DNA of 57,801 nt, counting the filler, from Dugesia japonica (lineage: Eukaryota), in NCBI GenBank assembly GCA_001938525.1. It is 5 parts of 5 records of this genome, joined end to end, with 100 filler letters (N's around TTAATTAATTAA, not from the genome) between each part and the next. Parts side by side here need not be neighbours in the genome. Positions count along the whole stretch, not along the records: positions 1 to 17,832 come from MQRL01333658.1; positions 17,933 to 27,046 come from MQRL01584441.1; 3 more parts are not named here. One strand, 5' to 3'. Under the pieces are notes generated by a model. It searched no databases. It was not told where the DNA came from and worked only from the letters and a program-made list of their open reading frames with translations. Position numbers and translations under genes: made by a program. This document shows, one piece after another, positions 12,281-24,911 of this stretch; within the stretch, counting starts at the first letter, position 1, and each line of letters starts with the position of its first letter.

Positions 12281-13749
12281 GTATCCATCTTCTCAATTGA
12301 TTATATTAAAGTATTTTACTTAAAATACTATTTGTTTATAACTTTTTATTCCTAAAGATTTTTATTTTTATTTATCGTGGCGTGTTTAATAAAAGAAAGA
12401 ATATTTTTCAGTCTTTTTTTGGAAGTTAGTTGTTAGAAGACTGTTTAACAACTATAAAACGTATTGATGAAAATCTAGAGAAGAAATAATGATAAATGTA
12501 ATTATGATTTGAGCAATCAAAATACGTATATCAGAAAACAAATACTGATTTATTATACAAAATACAATACATTTAAACTCAAGGTCAAATAATTTTTTTA
12601 TAATTTTAAAAATTATTTATGATATAGATAAAATGTCCTTACAATACGGGGACTACACGTTGAGATAAACATTCGGAATAACACTTAATTACCGGAGAAA
12701 CTTTGTGGCTGAGCATCGTAGATCGGATTTTCCCAGAATATTGGCTAGCAAGACTTAAGAATCTGTTACTTGAATTTGAATTCCAATTTTTAACGATCTA
12801 ATGATAAAAACTCTTTAAATGCAGATAATTCTAAGAGAAGTTGAAAGAACTAATACGGTTTGACTGATATACGTGAGAACCAAGTAAGTACTCACAATAT
12901 AAGTACTAACGAGACCAATTACTGCTTAACTTGCGAGATCGAATGAAATTGGGTGTATCCAACCTAGTTTGAACGTTGACGTAAATAAAAATAGACAAAT
13001 AGAAAAAATACTATCTTTACGAGATATTACATATGACTTCCTCCGCATTAAAAACATTTTATAGTTCAGTATACAAATTTATTTCAATGGAATTAATATT
13101 ATTGATTTCCATAAGTTCAAATAAATCGAGAAACATTATTTTGCAAAGTCTTAGAAAATATTATCGTTAATTATAAATGCTAAAAAAATTCAATTAAATT
13201 CTTATTCATTATTAATTTCTATAAAGAATACACATTTGTCTAGTATTGATTTATTATTGATTTTTATTTTAAAATATTTGTTATTATATGAATTTTGAGA
13301 AATGTAGAAATGTTCAACAAAATTGTATTACTAATTTACTTCGCATCTTTTTAGCTTCATTTAGCCGATTTAATAAGTGAAATAAGATCAAATACAAAAT
13401 TTAAATAAAATATCACATTTAATATGCACTTTTTATAAAAAGTCTATAAATATTGCGTGATAAATTAATTTACAAAAAAGAGCTGATAAATTTAAACAAA
13501 CCCATTTGCTAATAATATAGTAATCATATTGTAAATAATTTAATTACATCTTTATTCATTAATTATTATTATTATTTTGTCATGAAGTGAAAATTGGGTA
13601 ACTGTTTTTACCGTACAGTAACTATTAAATTTACATAAGGAGAAATAAAAAATGACTCTATAATAATACAGATAGAATTGTCCACGAGCAGAAAAATGCC
13701 GCTCACTCATCATTAACTTCACAAATAATAAACTTCACTTTCAATTGAT

Positions 13750-14780
13750 TGAGTGCAAACGCCAGATTCACACAAAATAAATTATTGAGTAACAAAAAGT
13801 AAGTTTCAGAACCGTAAACGCGTAATGAGTTAAACTCAAGTTTTACTAGACTACCAAATGATTTTGGTCTTATGACTGCTTCAGTATCTGCAATATTAGG
13901 AAAGCCTGGATTATTTTTTTTTTCGTTATCTTTGAATTTCAATTCTTGTTCTTTAGGCATGGCATAAAACGTAGTCTCTTTTGTTATTTCAATAAATAAA
14001 GCTACATGACGATCAAATGTAAGTTGTGGCTTGAAACTATATAAACACTTTCAGCACTACTTCATTTAAATTTGAATTCTCTATGTTCGATCGTATAATT
14101 TCATCAATAGATCCACATTTATTACTGCAATATAAAAAACGTATGATCATTTCCCAAGACTAACAAAACTACATGGCGTTCATTTGATTTTCTATTTAAT
14201 ATAAAAATTCAATTTTCTTCTTTATCAATGGTTTGATTATATGTAAACACTGTGATCAATAAATTAGTTTCTCTTCGAATTCTGAATTGTCAATGAGCTT
14301 CATCTGCATCTTGTGCTCATTACATATTAATTCATGTAGGAAATTATAATATTTTCTTCTGCCGATATCGGTTATCCTTGTCATACTTGAGTACTGCTAG
14401 TACATATAAAATATTTGTTGTCCGTATTGTAAAAATGCACTTTTACATTGGATCAATGTAATGATTCAGGACTTCGAATATATGATAGACAGATAAATAA
14501 ATTACCCGGGCAAATTTCAGCAAAATAAATCTCAGCTATAATATTCTTCTAATCTTCCACCTGCTTTATCTTCATTTGCTTTATCCGTTATTTAAACCAT
14601 AAAATAATCATTGCTTTGTACGATCACAATCATTCTTTAATTTCTTCCACTTCCTTCTCGCCATTCTTATTTTTAAATTTTATATATCTTTCAAATGACC
14701 CTATTACAATATTTGAATTTGTTTTACTTTCTTCTTCTACTTAATTTTCACGAGTTCTGGAATGAGAACCGATTTCATTT
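13750..14780 (-). pseudogene. Second, older Maverick pPolB fragment (N-terminal region up to ExoI)
   Basis: SYIRSPESL...NTDNKYF, RHVVLLVL, C*KCLYSF...FDRH, then MPKEQELKFKD...NIADTEAVIRP, paralleling the Polinton pattern CxRCL..F...H / MP...LKF.N...IYADFE. Confidence 0.62.
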
Positions 14781-15169
14781 CTAAATTATTCACCTTGAAA
14801 GTTGGCCAATAATTTCCGCTGAATTTTATTTCTGATGCCAAAATATTATAGTTTAAAAATGAAAGATGCTTATAGGTACTAAATGCAAATAGAATAAGTT
14901 TAAAACAAACATATATTAATCATTAAAACTCTTTATATGTATATTATAAAGATAGAGATGAAAATGAAGAGTCAAACTAGGTCATACAAACTAGCTTCCA
15001 ATCAAGAAATAAATTACAAAATTGATATGAAAAATGTATTCAAACAGTTCCTGGACTTATCTTAAAGAAACCAAATATCATGATACAAAAGAAATAATTT
15101 ATTTTGTAACGTTCAACATACACCTATTTTCTCTATATGTATGTATTGATTTGTTTATTCAACCGCTGG

Positions 15170-15335
15170 AAAGCGTCCACATTTGGAATTGATTTCAAAA
15201 GTCTTGTCACAATTCTAGAATCGTCCAAATGTCATCAAAACACCTACATTTAAGGGCTATTTTAATCTACATTTTCGTCGTTGATACTCGTGTTGGGACG
15301 CCTCTTTCACGGATTATCCTCCATGAAAAACCGGT
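15170..15335 (-). mobile_element. mariner transposase N-terminal remnant
   Basis: MEDNP*KRRPNTSINDENVD resembles mariner EDxPRSGRPxTxxxDENV. Confidence 0.55.
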
Positions 15336-16278
15336 AATTTTTTAATCATAAAAGCAAATAATTTTATGTAATTTTAAGTAATTTTTTAAAGTAATTTTAT
15401 GTGTGTAAATCGCATCATTTTAAATGTTTATATCGCTGATTTTCCACATTTAAAATTAAATTATATTAAATATTAAATTAAATATTAAATTATAGAATTC
15501 TAACAATGATAAAATAGATTATAAGTTGAATTTGATTCTATTAATCAATGACATTAAATTTATATGGCATGAAAATCGATGTTTATATTACTAATTTCAA
15601 TGTTATATTTTGTATATAAACTTTTAAACAGTGCTGTCTCAGAACTTTTTGAAAACAATGTTTAATAGTTGTGGATACTGACAGTTTTTCTTATAGCGTA
15701 CATGATTAGATAAAAACCAACTTTTATTCCAGATGAAATCGAATCGATATTTGGATATAAATAATTATCTAAAAGACCATCCTCTGTATTTCGGCAACAT
15801 AACCAACAAAATTCGTTTGTTTAAAGATGAAAGGAAAAGAGACAATAACACTAATAAGCATTCCTGGGGCCAAAGCTTTATAGTTTCAAAAATGAAGATC
15901 TTAGTATGACAATGAAGGCAAAATGAATCAGTTTCAAACAAACCGAAATGAATAATCAAAACTATTTAAATACATACAATAAAAATGGAGACGGAGAAGA
16001 AAAACCAAATCAAGTTATGGTGACTAGCTTCCAATCAATACATTATAGAGTATGCAACGTCCATTATTATGCCTAGAATTTAAACGCTTTTGGAGTACAA
16101 AAAATATTGATATGGGCTATGGTCATTATAAAATTAATACAAAAATATATAATTCCTGTTTTCATGATTTATTGACATCATTTTATCAAGGAAGAAGAAA
16201 AACGACGATGATTTTTATCAATTTATTATTTTTTATATATTGATTATGTAAATTGTAATAATAAGTGATGAATTATTT

Positions 16279-16437
16279 TTTTAAAATAAAAGCTTCAATC
16301 GAAATTTGTTTTTTTGGATTTTGAAAACAATTCTATATTTTGACTTTGTCTTCTTCAGGAATAGACTTGAAGACAAAGTCGAAATATAGAATTATTTTCA
16401 AAAAGCAAAAATTTTAATCGGAGCTTTTATTTTAAAT
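16279..16437. repeat. About 160-bp imperfect palindrome made of two Penelope 3'-end copies
   Basis: TTTTGAAAACAATTCTATATTTTGACTTTGTCTTC pairs with GAAGACAAAGTCGAAATATAGAATTATTTTCAAAA. The right arm and its continuation to about 16505 resemble 51465-51560, downstream of the Penelope ORF. Confidence 0.8.
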
Positions 16438-16659
16438 AAATTCTGAAAAATGATCAATAGTTACGCTCAACAGTTATTGTCGCAATAATTGCAATTGTAA
16501 ATTAATTATTTATTGGTGTATTTTTAAAATAAAAATTGTATATTGTTCTATGTAATGCTAAATTCCACAATATGTTGAATGCTCCTCTTGTTAAATGCAT
16601 TTATTATGTAATAGATAATAGATGTAATAATTGTATTCTCAATTGTTCTCGTGTGCACA

Positions 16660-17055
16660 TATCCATCTACTCACGATAATGTATGATCACATACTCTGTT
16701 GTCTATCTGTGAATATCTTATTAAGGAAAACATTACAGTCATATCTCATTCTCCGCACTATACGTACTCGTCACCATGCGACTTAATTTTACTTAGTATA
16801 CTGAATAAACCATTTCAAAGTAAAAGAAATTCAAAGTACATGTATCGAAATATGAAAATCAGTCACCGTGTTCCAATATACTGACAATTTTCAATCATTG
16901 GCCAAAAGATTAAAAAATGTACATTATTGGATGATAAATATTTTGAAAGGCACGTGTTTTCTTGATTAAAATACTTGTATTTGTGTTCGTTTTCTTGTTT
17001 ATATAATTTTTTTACTGAACCATTCTCACTACATTTGAGACACCCCTAATGTATA
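16660..17055 (+). mobile_element. mariner transposase C-terminal remnant with 3' TIR
   Basis: ICEYLIKENITVISHSPHYTYSSPCDLILL resembles HPPYSPDLAPCDFFLF; ends in CTCACTACATTTGAGACACCCCTAATGTA. Confidence 0.75.
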
Positions 17056-17183
17056 CTTTTTTTATTGAATGGATTTAAATTACAAACAATAATTACAAAC
17101 AAATCAAGCAACAAAATTAAATTACATTAAAATATAAGTCGGTTTATCTTACAAAAATTTGGAGTGCTTAAGCAAAATTCATA

Positions 17184-17503
17184 TTAAACAGATGTATCAA
17201 TTTTATAACAGGAATATGATTTTTTTGAGCAGTCAAGTGAAATTCCAGGATCATTATTTTCTGAAGTTATATAAGATGTTTCAACAGATAACTGTTGATA
17301 TTTATCATCTAATTGAGGAATAAGAAGAACAATCATTTGAGATTCTGAAACACAATGTTTTCTAAGAACTTTTCTGAGAATTTTCAATGATCCGACAAGC
17401 GAAAATATTATGAGAGCAATACTTAAAATCGTATAACTGAGTTCGACTATGTAAAGTCGAAAGATTTGAATGAAAAATGGCCTATCTTTGAATTTTCTTC
17501 GAC
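17184..17503 (-). CDS. Probable last exon of an unidentified host membrane protein
   Basis: After acceptor TTTTAG the frame is open to the stop at 17184: RRKFKDRPFF...YTILSIALIIFSLVGSLKILRKVLRK..., one hydrophobic segment followed by basic residues. Confidence 0.4.
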
Positions 17504-17832
17504 CTAAAATATTAAATTATTAAAATATGTCATTAGATAGTTAATTTACTTTCTTTGATACATTAAACGATATACATCATATATCAATAATTAAATGATA
17601 CACATTAAATTTTTTTTTGAATTGACATGTCTTTTAGTAAAATTGTAATTGCAAGGAACGTATTTTTGGAAGTTTTAATTTTTTGAATTCATAATATAAA
17701 ATATATTTAATAAAACCCTCTTTTGTTTGTTTGAATAAAATATTCTTGATAAACATATAATAAGCAAAATTAATTACAATACAAATATAAAAATATTTGA
17801 AAGATTTACAAATAATACAACTAATTAAAGCA

Positions 17833-17932
17833 NNNNNNNNNNNNNNNNNNNNNNNNNNNNNNNNNNNNNNNNNNNNTTAATTAATTAANNNNNNNNNNNN
17901 NNNNNNNNNNNNNNNNNNNNNNNNNNNNNNNN
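17833..17932. other. Artificial contig linker (N-TTAATTAATTAA-N)
   Basis: 100-nt block with a six-frame stop linker; identical blocks at 27047, 37805 and 47756. Confidence 0.97.
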
Positions 17933-18028
17933 TGTTGTGTATTGTATGTTGTGTGTTGTGTGCTAGATGTTGTGTGTTGTGTATTGTAAGACAGTCATTA
18001 TTAATATTTGTTCCGCATCCGCATTCAG

Positions 18029-18296
18029 ATTGCAGTCAGAAGCTCAAGTGTTAGAATCCAAATTTATGGATAAATGTAAGAAAAATGGTTTGAAATGCTC
18101 CTGGAAAACAAGTCTCGGCAGTCCAACTCTAAATCTCGTTCATGCGGTAGAAGAGAACAAAGCTGATTTAGTCGTCATGGGCTCTCGAGGATTGAATCTA
18201 TTCCGGAGAACATTGGTGGGTTCTGTTTCAACATATGTAACGCAACATGTCAATATACCGGTGCTCGTCGTTCCTTCCTCTTCGAGTTGGGTCTAA
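18029..18296 (+). CDS. Universal stress protein (UspA-like), terminal exon
   Basis: ADLVVMGSRGLNLFRRTLVGSVSTYVTQHVNIPVLVVP is the USP G-2x-G-9x-GS signature; preceded by a CAG acceptor. The ORF start at 17967 is probably intronic repeat. Confidence 0.92.
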
Positions 18297-20201
18297 CCTT
18301 ATTGTTATCATCATTATCATTATCATGTTATCCGGCTGCTTTATACCAAACATTTTGTTATTCTCGCTTTAATTTAATTTTATGTTTCAAATGTTGAATA
18401 ATCAATATTTTTAATAAATAAATAATCATTTGTCTTCATTCTGATTGGTTGTTGATGTTTGGTTTCTGTGTTTCGTTGGATTATTGGTTGGAATTGATTA
18501 TTATTAGAGAGAGAGAGAGAGAGAGTTTATTATTATTGATTAAGCCACTTTTCCGGCAGAATATTATTTACTATTCGATTCTTCCGACCGAGCTTTTCTT
18601 TCTCTTTTCGTTTTCGTCTGTTAGCCATAACCAAGAACCACAAGTGCTTGCAAAATCCATTTTCTCTATTTAACGAGTCTTGATTAGAATTCTGGGAAGT
18701 GAATTCTTATTAAAATAATTCTTTTGCTCTCTTTTTCTGCCCGTCGAAGTTACCGTAATAAACATTCTACGTTCTGTCTNGGACGGTCGAGTTGCTTGGA
18801 AGTCTAGTTGATCATAGCTGTCATCTCTTCGTTAAAACCCTCACTTTCTACACGTGTTTCTGATGCTTTTGCATGCAATTTGATAGCTTTCTTGTATTTA
18901 TGTGGTGTTAGCTGTTATTTGCAAATTGTAATCTTTCTTCATTGTTGTTTCTTGGAGTCTTTTGAACACTCTCGGTTTCCGTTACATTGTATTATTTGAG
19001 CTTTCCACTTTCTGTCTTTTTTTAATTGTCTTTATTTTTACCCCTTTTTATCTTTGTCATTATTGTGTCCCTCATTTTTCAAGAATTTAAAAAATCTTTC
19101 ATACCACTTTACTAATCTTGTCATGTTCCTCGGCCTCTTCAGAATAATTAATCAATGATATTTCCAGTGATTAACTCTGACAAGAACATTTACTAGTGGT
19201 GGAAATTTATTATCTAATTTATAATGCTTATGACTATTATTGTCTGATGATTCCGCGTGAATAGTTGTTTGTAAATATACAAGAATAAATGAAATAAAAA
19301 CAAGGTACTACTCACTAGACACGAACAAAAAGTTGTTTATGCACTATGGCATGAATATGAATATGGAGCCACGGCAACTTACGGAAGTCTTACTAAGGAA
19401 TCTAGTAGTTATTCGGAATTCCTTACGGGCCTCATTAAATCATATTTTTAGAATCTTAGAATTTTCAACTGTAAAAATAAAACAAATTATTCAATTTTTA
19501 TAAATAATCACAATATTCAACGTTAAATTAATTTCTTTTATAAATATTTATTTTTTCATATTAATTTGTTTTATATATCAGGTAAATTCGAAAGTTCCTG
19601 AGGTTTTTATTTATCAAACTATGAAAATCAGTAGTTAAATAGTAGCACACTGTCCAATTTTTTTTGTCACAATTTGGGGGAGGGTCAGAAACACATTACT
19701 ATTGTGACAGAATTTTTGTGACATCTTTTTCTCTAAGATTTTTAAGATCAATATTTTTTGATCAGATCAAATTTTGTTTTGAACGGATCATTTTTGATCC
19801 CGGAAAATTTTTTTAATCGGATCAGAAAATTTTTTTTGATCGATTTTATTATTTTTTTAGGAAAGAATTTTTGTTTTAATTAATGGAATTTTTCTTTATA
19901 ATTTAAAAAAATTTGTTTTAATTAATGGAACTTTTTTATTTTATTTAATGGTTTTTTTTGTTTTAATTAATGGATAGCCCACCGTTTAACAAATGGTAAA
20001 ATTGAACATCCCGACGAGACAGATCTTCAGTGTTTCGTTGAGATGNTCCCACTAGAGCATAAAGTGGATATGGATGAGGAATAAGTATTAGTTCTATCTT
20101 AGTGTCGATAGTTCCTACAAAATAAACCCTAGTTTTTGTTGTCTTATACATTTTTATCTTTAATCAAAACATTACCAAATACTATTTTAGAGCATTATTA
20201 A

Positions 20202-20628
20202 ATGGAATACAAGTGGGAGGTAAGCCTTGATGTTAACTCAAGCAGAGCTGTGTTTAAAAGATATTAAAACCCATATGATCGTAACGCAGGAGTCTTGATA
20301 GAAAGATCAAACCTTCGGTTTAACAAGTAATTGAAGAAAGACAATGGGATGCCACCGAGAGGAGTGCATAATACAACTGGTGTGACCCTAGAAGAGACAG
20401 AGTTGCATTCCCCTCGGCTCCACTTTTTTTGAGAGATCTACCGAAATACCACAAGTAGAGCGTATGTGGCACGACGGACTTTCCTTAATAGGCATCACCA
20501 CGAACAGCCTACCTTCACCCACCCAACTGAGTTCGTTTATTCAGGGCTATTTATGGAGTGCTCGTATTGGGGCGTCTAGTAGTAACGACGAAAACGGGGA
20601 AGAGGAAATCACGGATGTTTCTGTATAA
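20202..20628 (+). pseudogene. Degraded orphan ORF
   Basis: MEYKWEVSL...GYLWSARIGASSSNDENGEEEITDVSV* is readable through two stops and one shift; GC-richer than its flanks. Confidence 0.4.
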
Positions 20629-20752
20629 CGTGGTTAATTAAAATAAATGTTTAGCTAGAAATTTGCGTTATCTGTCTCGTTATTATTTTGTTGTTTATGA
20701 CACCATTCTGTCTTCATTTATTAAGCTATAGATTTCTTAGTAAACAGTCAAA

Positions 20753-21088
20753 ATGAGATCATTTTATTCTTATTGTATTTCTATTATAGTGCATTCGTCA
20801 TTAAACCGTTCGTCGACAACCAATAAGCAGATGAGAGATTCAAGTGAGGACACGGAAATGTCCTGGGAGTTATACCAGTTGGCAAAACGGCGATATGAAG
20901 CGGAGATAGCCACCGCGAACGCAAAGGTGAAACGATATAGAACTAAATACGTGAATGTTCGTAAAGAAATGGAAACTGCGCATGACCAGGAAAGAGTATG
21001 GAAATCGCAGATGGAATCATTTGCTGAAATCATCCGGCCCAGCCATGACCGGGAAAATAAACTGGTCGACGATATATTAAAGCTTTGA
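20753..21088 (+). CDS. Orphan basic coiled-coil protein
   Basis: Open 111 aa, GC-richer; helical ELYQLAKRRYEAEIATANAKVKRYRTKY segment. Confidence 0.5.
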   Translation: MRSFYSYCISIIVHSSLNRSSTTNKQMRDSSEDTEMSWELYQLAKRRYEAEIATANAKVKRYRTKYVNVRKEMETAHDQERVWKSQMESFAEIIRPSHDRENKLVDDILKL

Positions 21089-21296
21089 GAAAAAAACTAC
21101 CTAGAACCTCTGATGATAGATAAGAGCACTCAGACTAAATCCGTTTAGCCTGTCCCAATTGTACCGCACCTGTAAAATAAAGGATTAATTTTGTTATGAT
21201 TATCGTCCTCAATATATCTTATCTCAATTCTATGAACTTTTTTGTTGAATTTAATATTAATTAAAATTCTTCTGATAATAATAATTACTTAATTTA

Positions 21297-21710
21297 GTGC
21301 CTCGAATCGCGTTCCCTAATAGTCTGCGTCGATGCCATCGAATCATGCGCCGTCTCTTGATAGAAAGGCATCTTAAGCGGAATGCCGATCGAGCTCTTCT
21401 TAAACACCTCGATCAAAAGAATGAATTAATAAAGAAACTCGATCTAGTGATTAGGAAGCAGAGTGAGTTGGCAAACCAAATCAAAGCTCTGGAAGAGGAA
21501 ACCAGATTGCTGTTACAGCGGAAAATCGATTTCCTGCAGTATTTCTCGGACCTCTCCCGAATACTCGGTAACCCCACTAAGGTCCATTGGGACGACAAAG
21601 ATGATTCCGCATCGTTCAATTTTTTAACAACTGATCCGGCCCAGTGGTTAGGCCCGGTTGCATTTGGAACTTATGTAATTATTATACAAAATAAAGTTTA
21701 CCATGTTTGA
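21297..21710 (+). CDS. Orphan basic/coiled-coil protein (probably entered by splicing)
   Basis: Open 137 codons after a TTTAG acceptor; Arg-rich region followed by Leu/Ile heptads. Confidence 0.5.
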   Translation: MPRIAFPNSLRRCHRIMRRLLIERHLKRNADRALLKHLDQKNELIKKLDLVIRKQSELANQIKALEEETRLLLQRKIDFLQYFSDLSRILGNPTKVHWDDKDDSASFNFLTTDPAQWLGPVAFGTYVIIIQNKVYHV

Positions 21711-21944
21711 CTCAGTCTAACATTTAATAAATTCAGAAGAATAGGAAAAATAATGAACCCAAATCCAAAAGGGTATGGGTGTGCACTTCCCATAAGGTGA
21801 GAAGTCAACCGCTATTTGCTGAATACCTAAGTTAGGGGCGTTAGGTTAAATTCTTGAAAGGGTCCCCTGAGACCTGTTTTTCCCCAGCCACTGGTTTTTC
21901 GTTATTCAACTCAGGTGGAACCTCAACACACTCATAAACCGTAT

Positions 21945-22195
21945 AATACAGGGTTACTATGTAAACAATACACTTATTAACTATATGTTGTCATAACAAC
22001 ATTTACTTATAAGTTTTATATAGGCCTTAAAGATATTTTTCCAGTAGTCTTTAGTTATATATATGGAAAATTGACACTNTCACAAATCTTATAATGTAAA
22101 TTGCTATGTAAATAATACAAGGTATATATGTAAAAATACACTCATAAACCCTCTTTTTTCTTTAACCCTATTTAGATATCAAAATATTTACTTTG
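21945..22195. repeat. Repeat block shared with the piece-1 Maverick
   Basis: GGTTACTATGTAAACAATACAC, GCTATGTAAATAATACAAGGTA and TTAACCCTA(TT)TAGATATCAAAATATTTACTT match 2540-3262. Confidence 0.75.
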
Positions 22196-22928
22196 ATTCA
22201 AGTGGAGAATAAAGGCTTCAAGAAGTCCATTAATTCAGTAGGAGTCATTTGGAAAGTTACAAATATTGCAAAGAAGATCTAAATTTATTTACATAATGTT
22301 TACTTGAAGTTTACTTTATGTTATTTTTTATTGAAANNNNNNNNNNNNNNNNNNNNNNNNNNNNNNNNNNNNNNNNNNNNNNNNNNNNNNNNNNNNNNNN
22401 NNNNNNNNAAAAAAACTAAATAAATAAAGCAGACTTAATAATAATCCATTTATTTTAAATCACTCATAACAAAAATAACTGTTGTATTGAATCATTTCTG
22501 TCTGGAACTTCTCCATAACGAGCATTTAATTAAACTTTGCACACTCGATACAGTCATGTGTGCAAATTTCAGCTGCCATATATTGGTTGACAATCACGTC
22601 CGGAATCATTGGGTTTCTTTCTTCGTCGAGCATTCAACGTTTGTTTAATATATCCGTTAACATTCTTAAATTAAATTTATTACTAAAATTACAAAATAAT
22701 AAATATTCAACCTGCTTTACTAAATTCGTCTTCGATTTCCTTCATTGTTGATTTTCTTGCATCCATTTTAATTTAATTTACAAGAAATAATAATGAAATG
22801 CATTATATATATGTATAATAAAAAACCACAACGTAATATGTTAATAATTTGGAATTTTAATATCTACATTTAAATTGATACTTTTCATACTTGCATTGTA
22901 AATGTTTAGCGTCCGTTTTGCGAATTTT

Positions 22929-23375
22929 CTAAATTTTATCAAGCAAATTGAATAAATCTGAAGTAATGTTATTCACATATCCTTGAAAATATAAAATTTA
23001 AAGCCCTAGTATCACTACTTTTCTTGTTGAGAACACATTTACTCATAAAGGGTCATATTTTAAAAGTCTTAAATCAGGAAATAACTTTGGTTCGAACCAA
23101 CAGTTGACTATTCTTGCTAATTTATACAAATTTATTGAAACTCCCATATTTACGACAACTGTTAGTGACTGTAATTGAAAAATGTTTTATATCATAGGGG
23201 TTCAAATCATGCGGTTTCAATGGTTTCTTACATCCCATTATTCTACATTTTCCTGATCTGAAGAATACAATTTATCACTTTTAACTTTAACTTGACATGG
23301 TTTGACTATAGGAAAGCTCATTTTCTTTGTTACTTCTTGCGACATTTCACCTCTGTAATTAATATTGGTAATCAT
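22929..23375 (-). pseudogene. TATA-binding-protein-like gene, disrupted; copy 2
   Basis: MITNINYRGEMSQEVTKKMSFPIVKPCQVKVKSDK/IVFFRSGKCRIMGCKKPLKPHDLNPYDIKHF/QLQSLTVVVNMGVSINLYKLARIVNCWFEPKLFPDLRLLKYDPL*VNVFSTRKVVILGL*...; colinear with copy 1 and with both TBP repeats. Confidence 0.88.
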
Positions 23376-24647
23376 AATTGATGAATAAATGAGGAACATT
23401 GGGGTTTTGATGGATTTAATTTAATTAATTTGTTAAAACAAATATATAAAATTTGTTGGGTTGAAACACTTGAGAATGGAAAATAAAACAGCGATTAGGT
23501 ACACCTTAAATTTGAAAGATGTCACAAGAAAGAAAACGAAGAACACAGACAAAAGAAGGAGTTAGACGATTTACCGAAAGGAATAATTGAAGAAAAGACT
23601 GAAATAAAGGAAATAAATATGAGAAATGATCCGTAACCTAGTGAGTTACAAAGGAAGGTCTGGCGTCGCTACCTTATTAAACGAAGAGTGTTTCGCAATA
23701 CTGCCGGCATTAATTAAAGGATAAAACATGCAATTAATAATTTCTTCGCTAATGTTGTCAACGACGGGTTGTATTAGCACACACGCCTTGAAAGGAAATG
23801 AAATAATATGGGGGTTATGTGGAGGGGCATGTAGAAAAAAAATTCTGATGGTGGTGTTGGTGTAGTAAACTGATGGAAATTTTTTTTTCATAGGGATTGG
23901 ATAATGACAATAGACAATAAAGACATTAAAATCTAGTAATGACATTCTTAAAGTTGAGTAGCTGTTGAAAAATGAGAATTAAATTTAACCATCATTAAAG
24001 TAGCGAAAATCACTAGTAATCTAACATAATAATTATCCCACTAGTAATTTAAATGTCGCGAAATACACTGGTAATAATTTGTAATCATTATCATAGAACC
24101 ATGAATCGTATAACTATTCGTTATTACTTATTTCTAGGTCAACTCTGGCATAGACGACCCAAAAAAGAAAAGTAAAAACTTCATGTGTTAAAAATGATAG
24201 CAATTATTAGCAATGATTATAATGATCAATAATGATGCTATTAATGATGGTGCTAGAATTAATAATGATTGCCATCAGAATAATGATAAACTTTCGTAAT
24301 GTTGGGTTGCTAGGCTTTTGATGTTAGTTAATATTTGACTTTATTGCTTTTAATTTCCTTCACTAAATCAGAACGGTTTTCTTTGTCGATTATCTGTACT
24401 GTCTGGGAGATGACACCTAGCAACCACAGAAATTTGTGTTACTCTCTCCAGTAACACGATCCCCCTTTTCCCGGATTCAGCGGNNNNNNNNNNNNNNNNN
24501 NNNNNNNNNNNNNNNNNNNNNNNNNNNNNNNNNNNNNNNNNNNNNNNNNNNNNNNNNNNNNNNNNNNNNNNNNAAGATCAGAAATTTGAATTGCATCGCA
24601 TACAAAGATTATATTTTACACAAGGTTAAACACAAATTCAATGTTCA

Positions 24648-24911
24648 TTATTCATCCAGTGTGATGGTTTCTTTCGATCTTGTTCTGGCAACTTCCGGTA
24701 CCGAATTGGATGCTTGAGTTAAGGTCCGTACCGTTGCGATCAGCACACTTTCACTGTCCGCATAGGCTTCGTTGATATCCGCCATAGCACGGCAAATTTG
24801 TGATAGTGCGAGATCTCGTTCTTTTAATTTGATTATTTTTTCACGGAGTTGAGCATTTTTCCTTGCAATTCGGTAATTTCCGTCTTTAATCTTTTTTGGG
24901 TCAAACACCAT
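24648..24911 (-). CDS. Orphan coiled-coil protein
   Basis: Open 87 aa from ATG; NYRIARKNAQLREKIIKLKERDLAL helical segment. Confidence 0.45.
   Translation of the reverse strand: MVFDPKKIKDGNYRIARKNAQLREKIIKLKERDLALSQICRAMADINEAYADSESVLIATVRTLTQASNSVPEVARTRSKETITLDE

Noticed and set aside
12630-13065. GC-richer patch that might be exons
   Set aside because: No frame gives a recognisable protein or a consistent splice pattern.
17833-17932. TTAATTAATTAA recurring about every 10 kb inside N-runs
   Set aside because: Artificial six-frame-stop linker; the spacing and any adjacency across linkers (for example USP next to the Maverick piece) have no biological meaning.
17967-18028. USP as bacterial contamination or horizontal transfer, and the listed N-terminus
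   Set aside because: USP genes are native to several invertebrate phyla; the segment is a spliced last exon preceded by TGTTG repeats.
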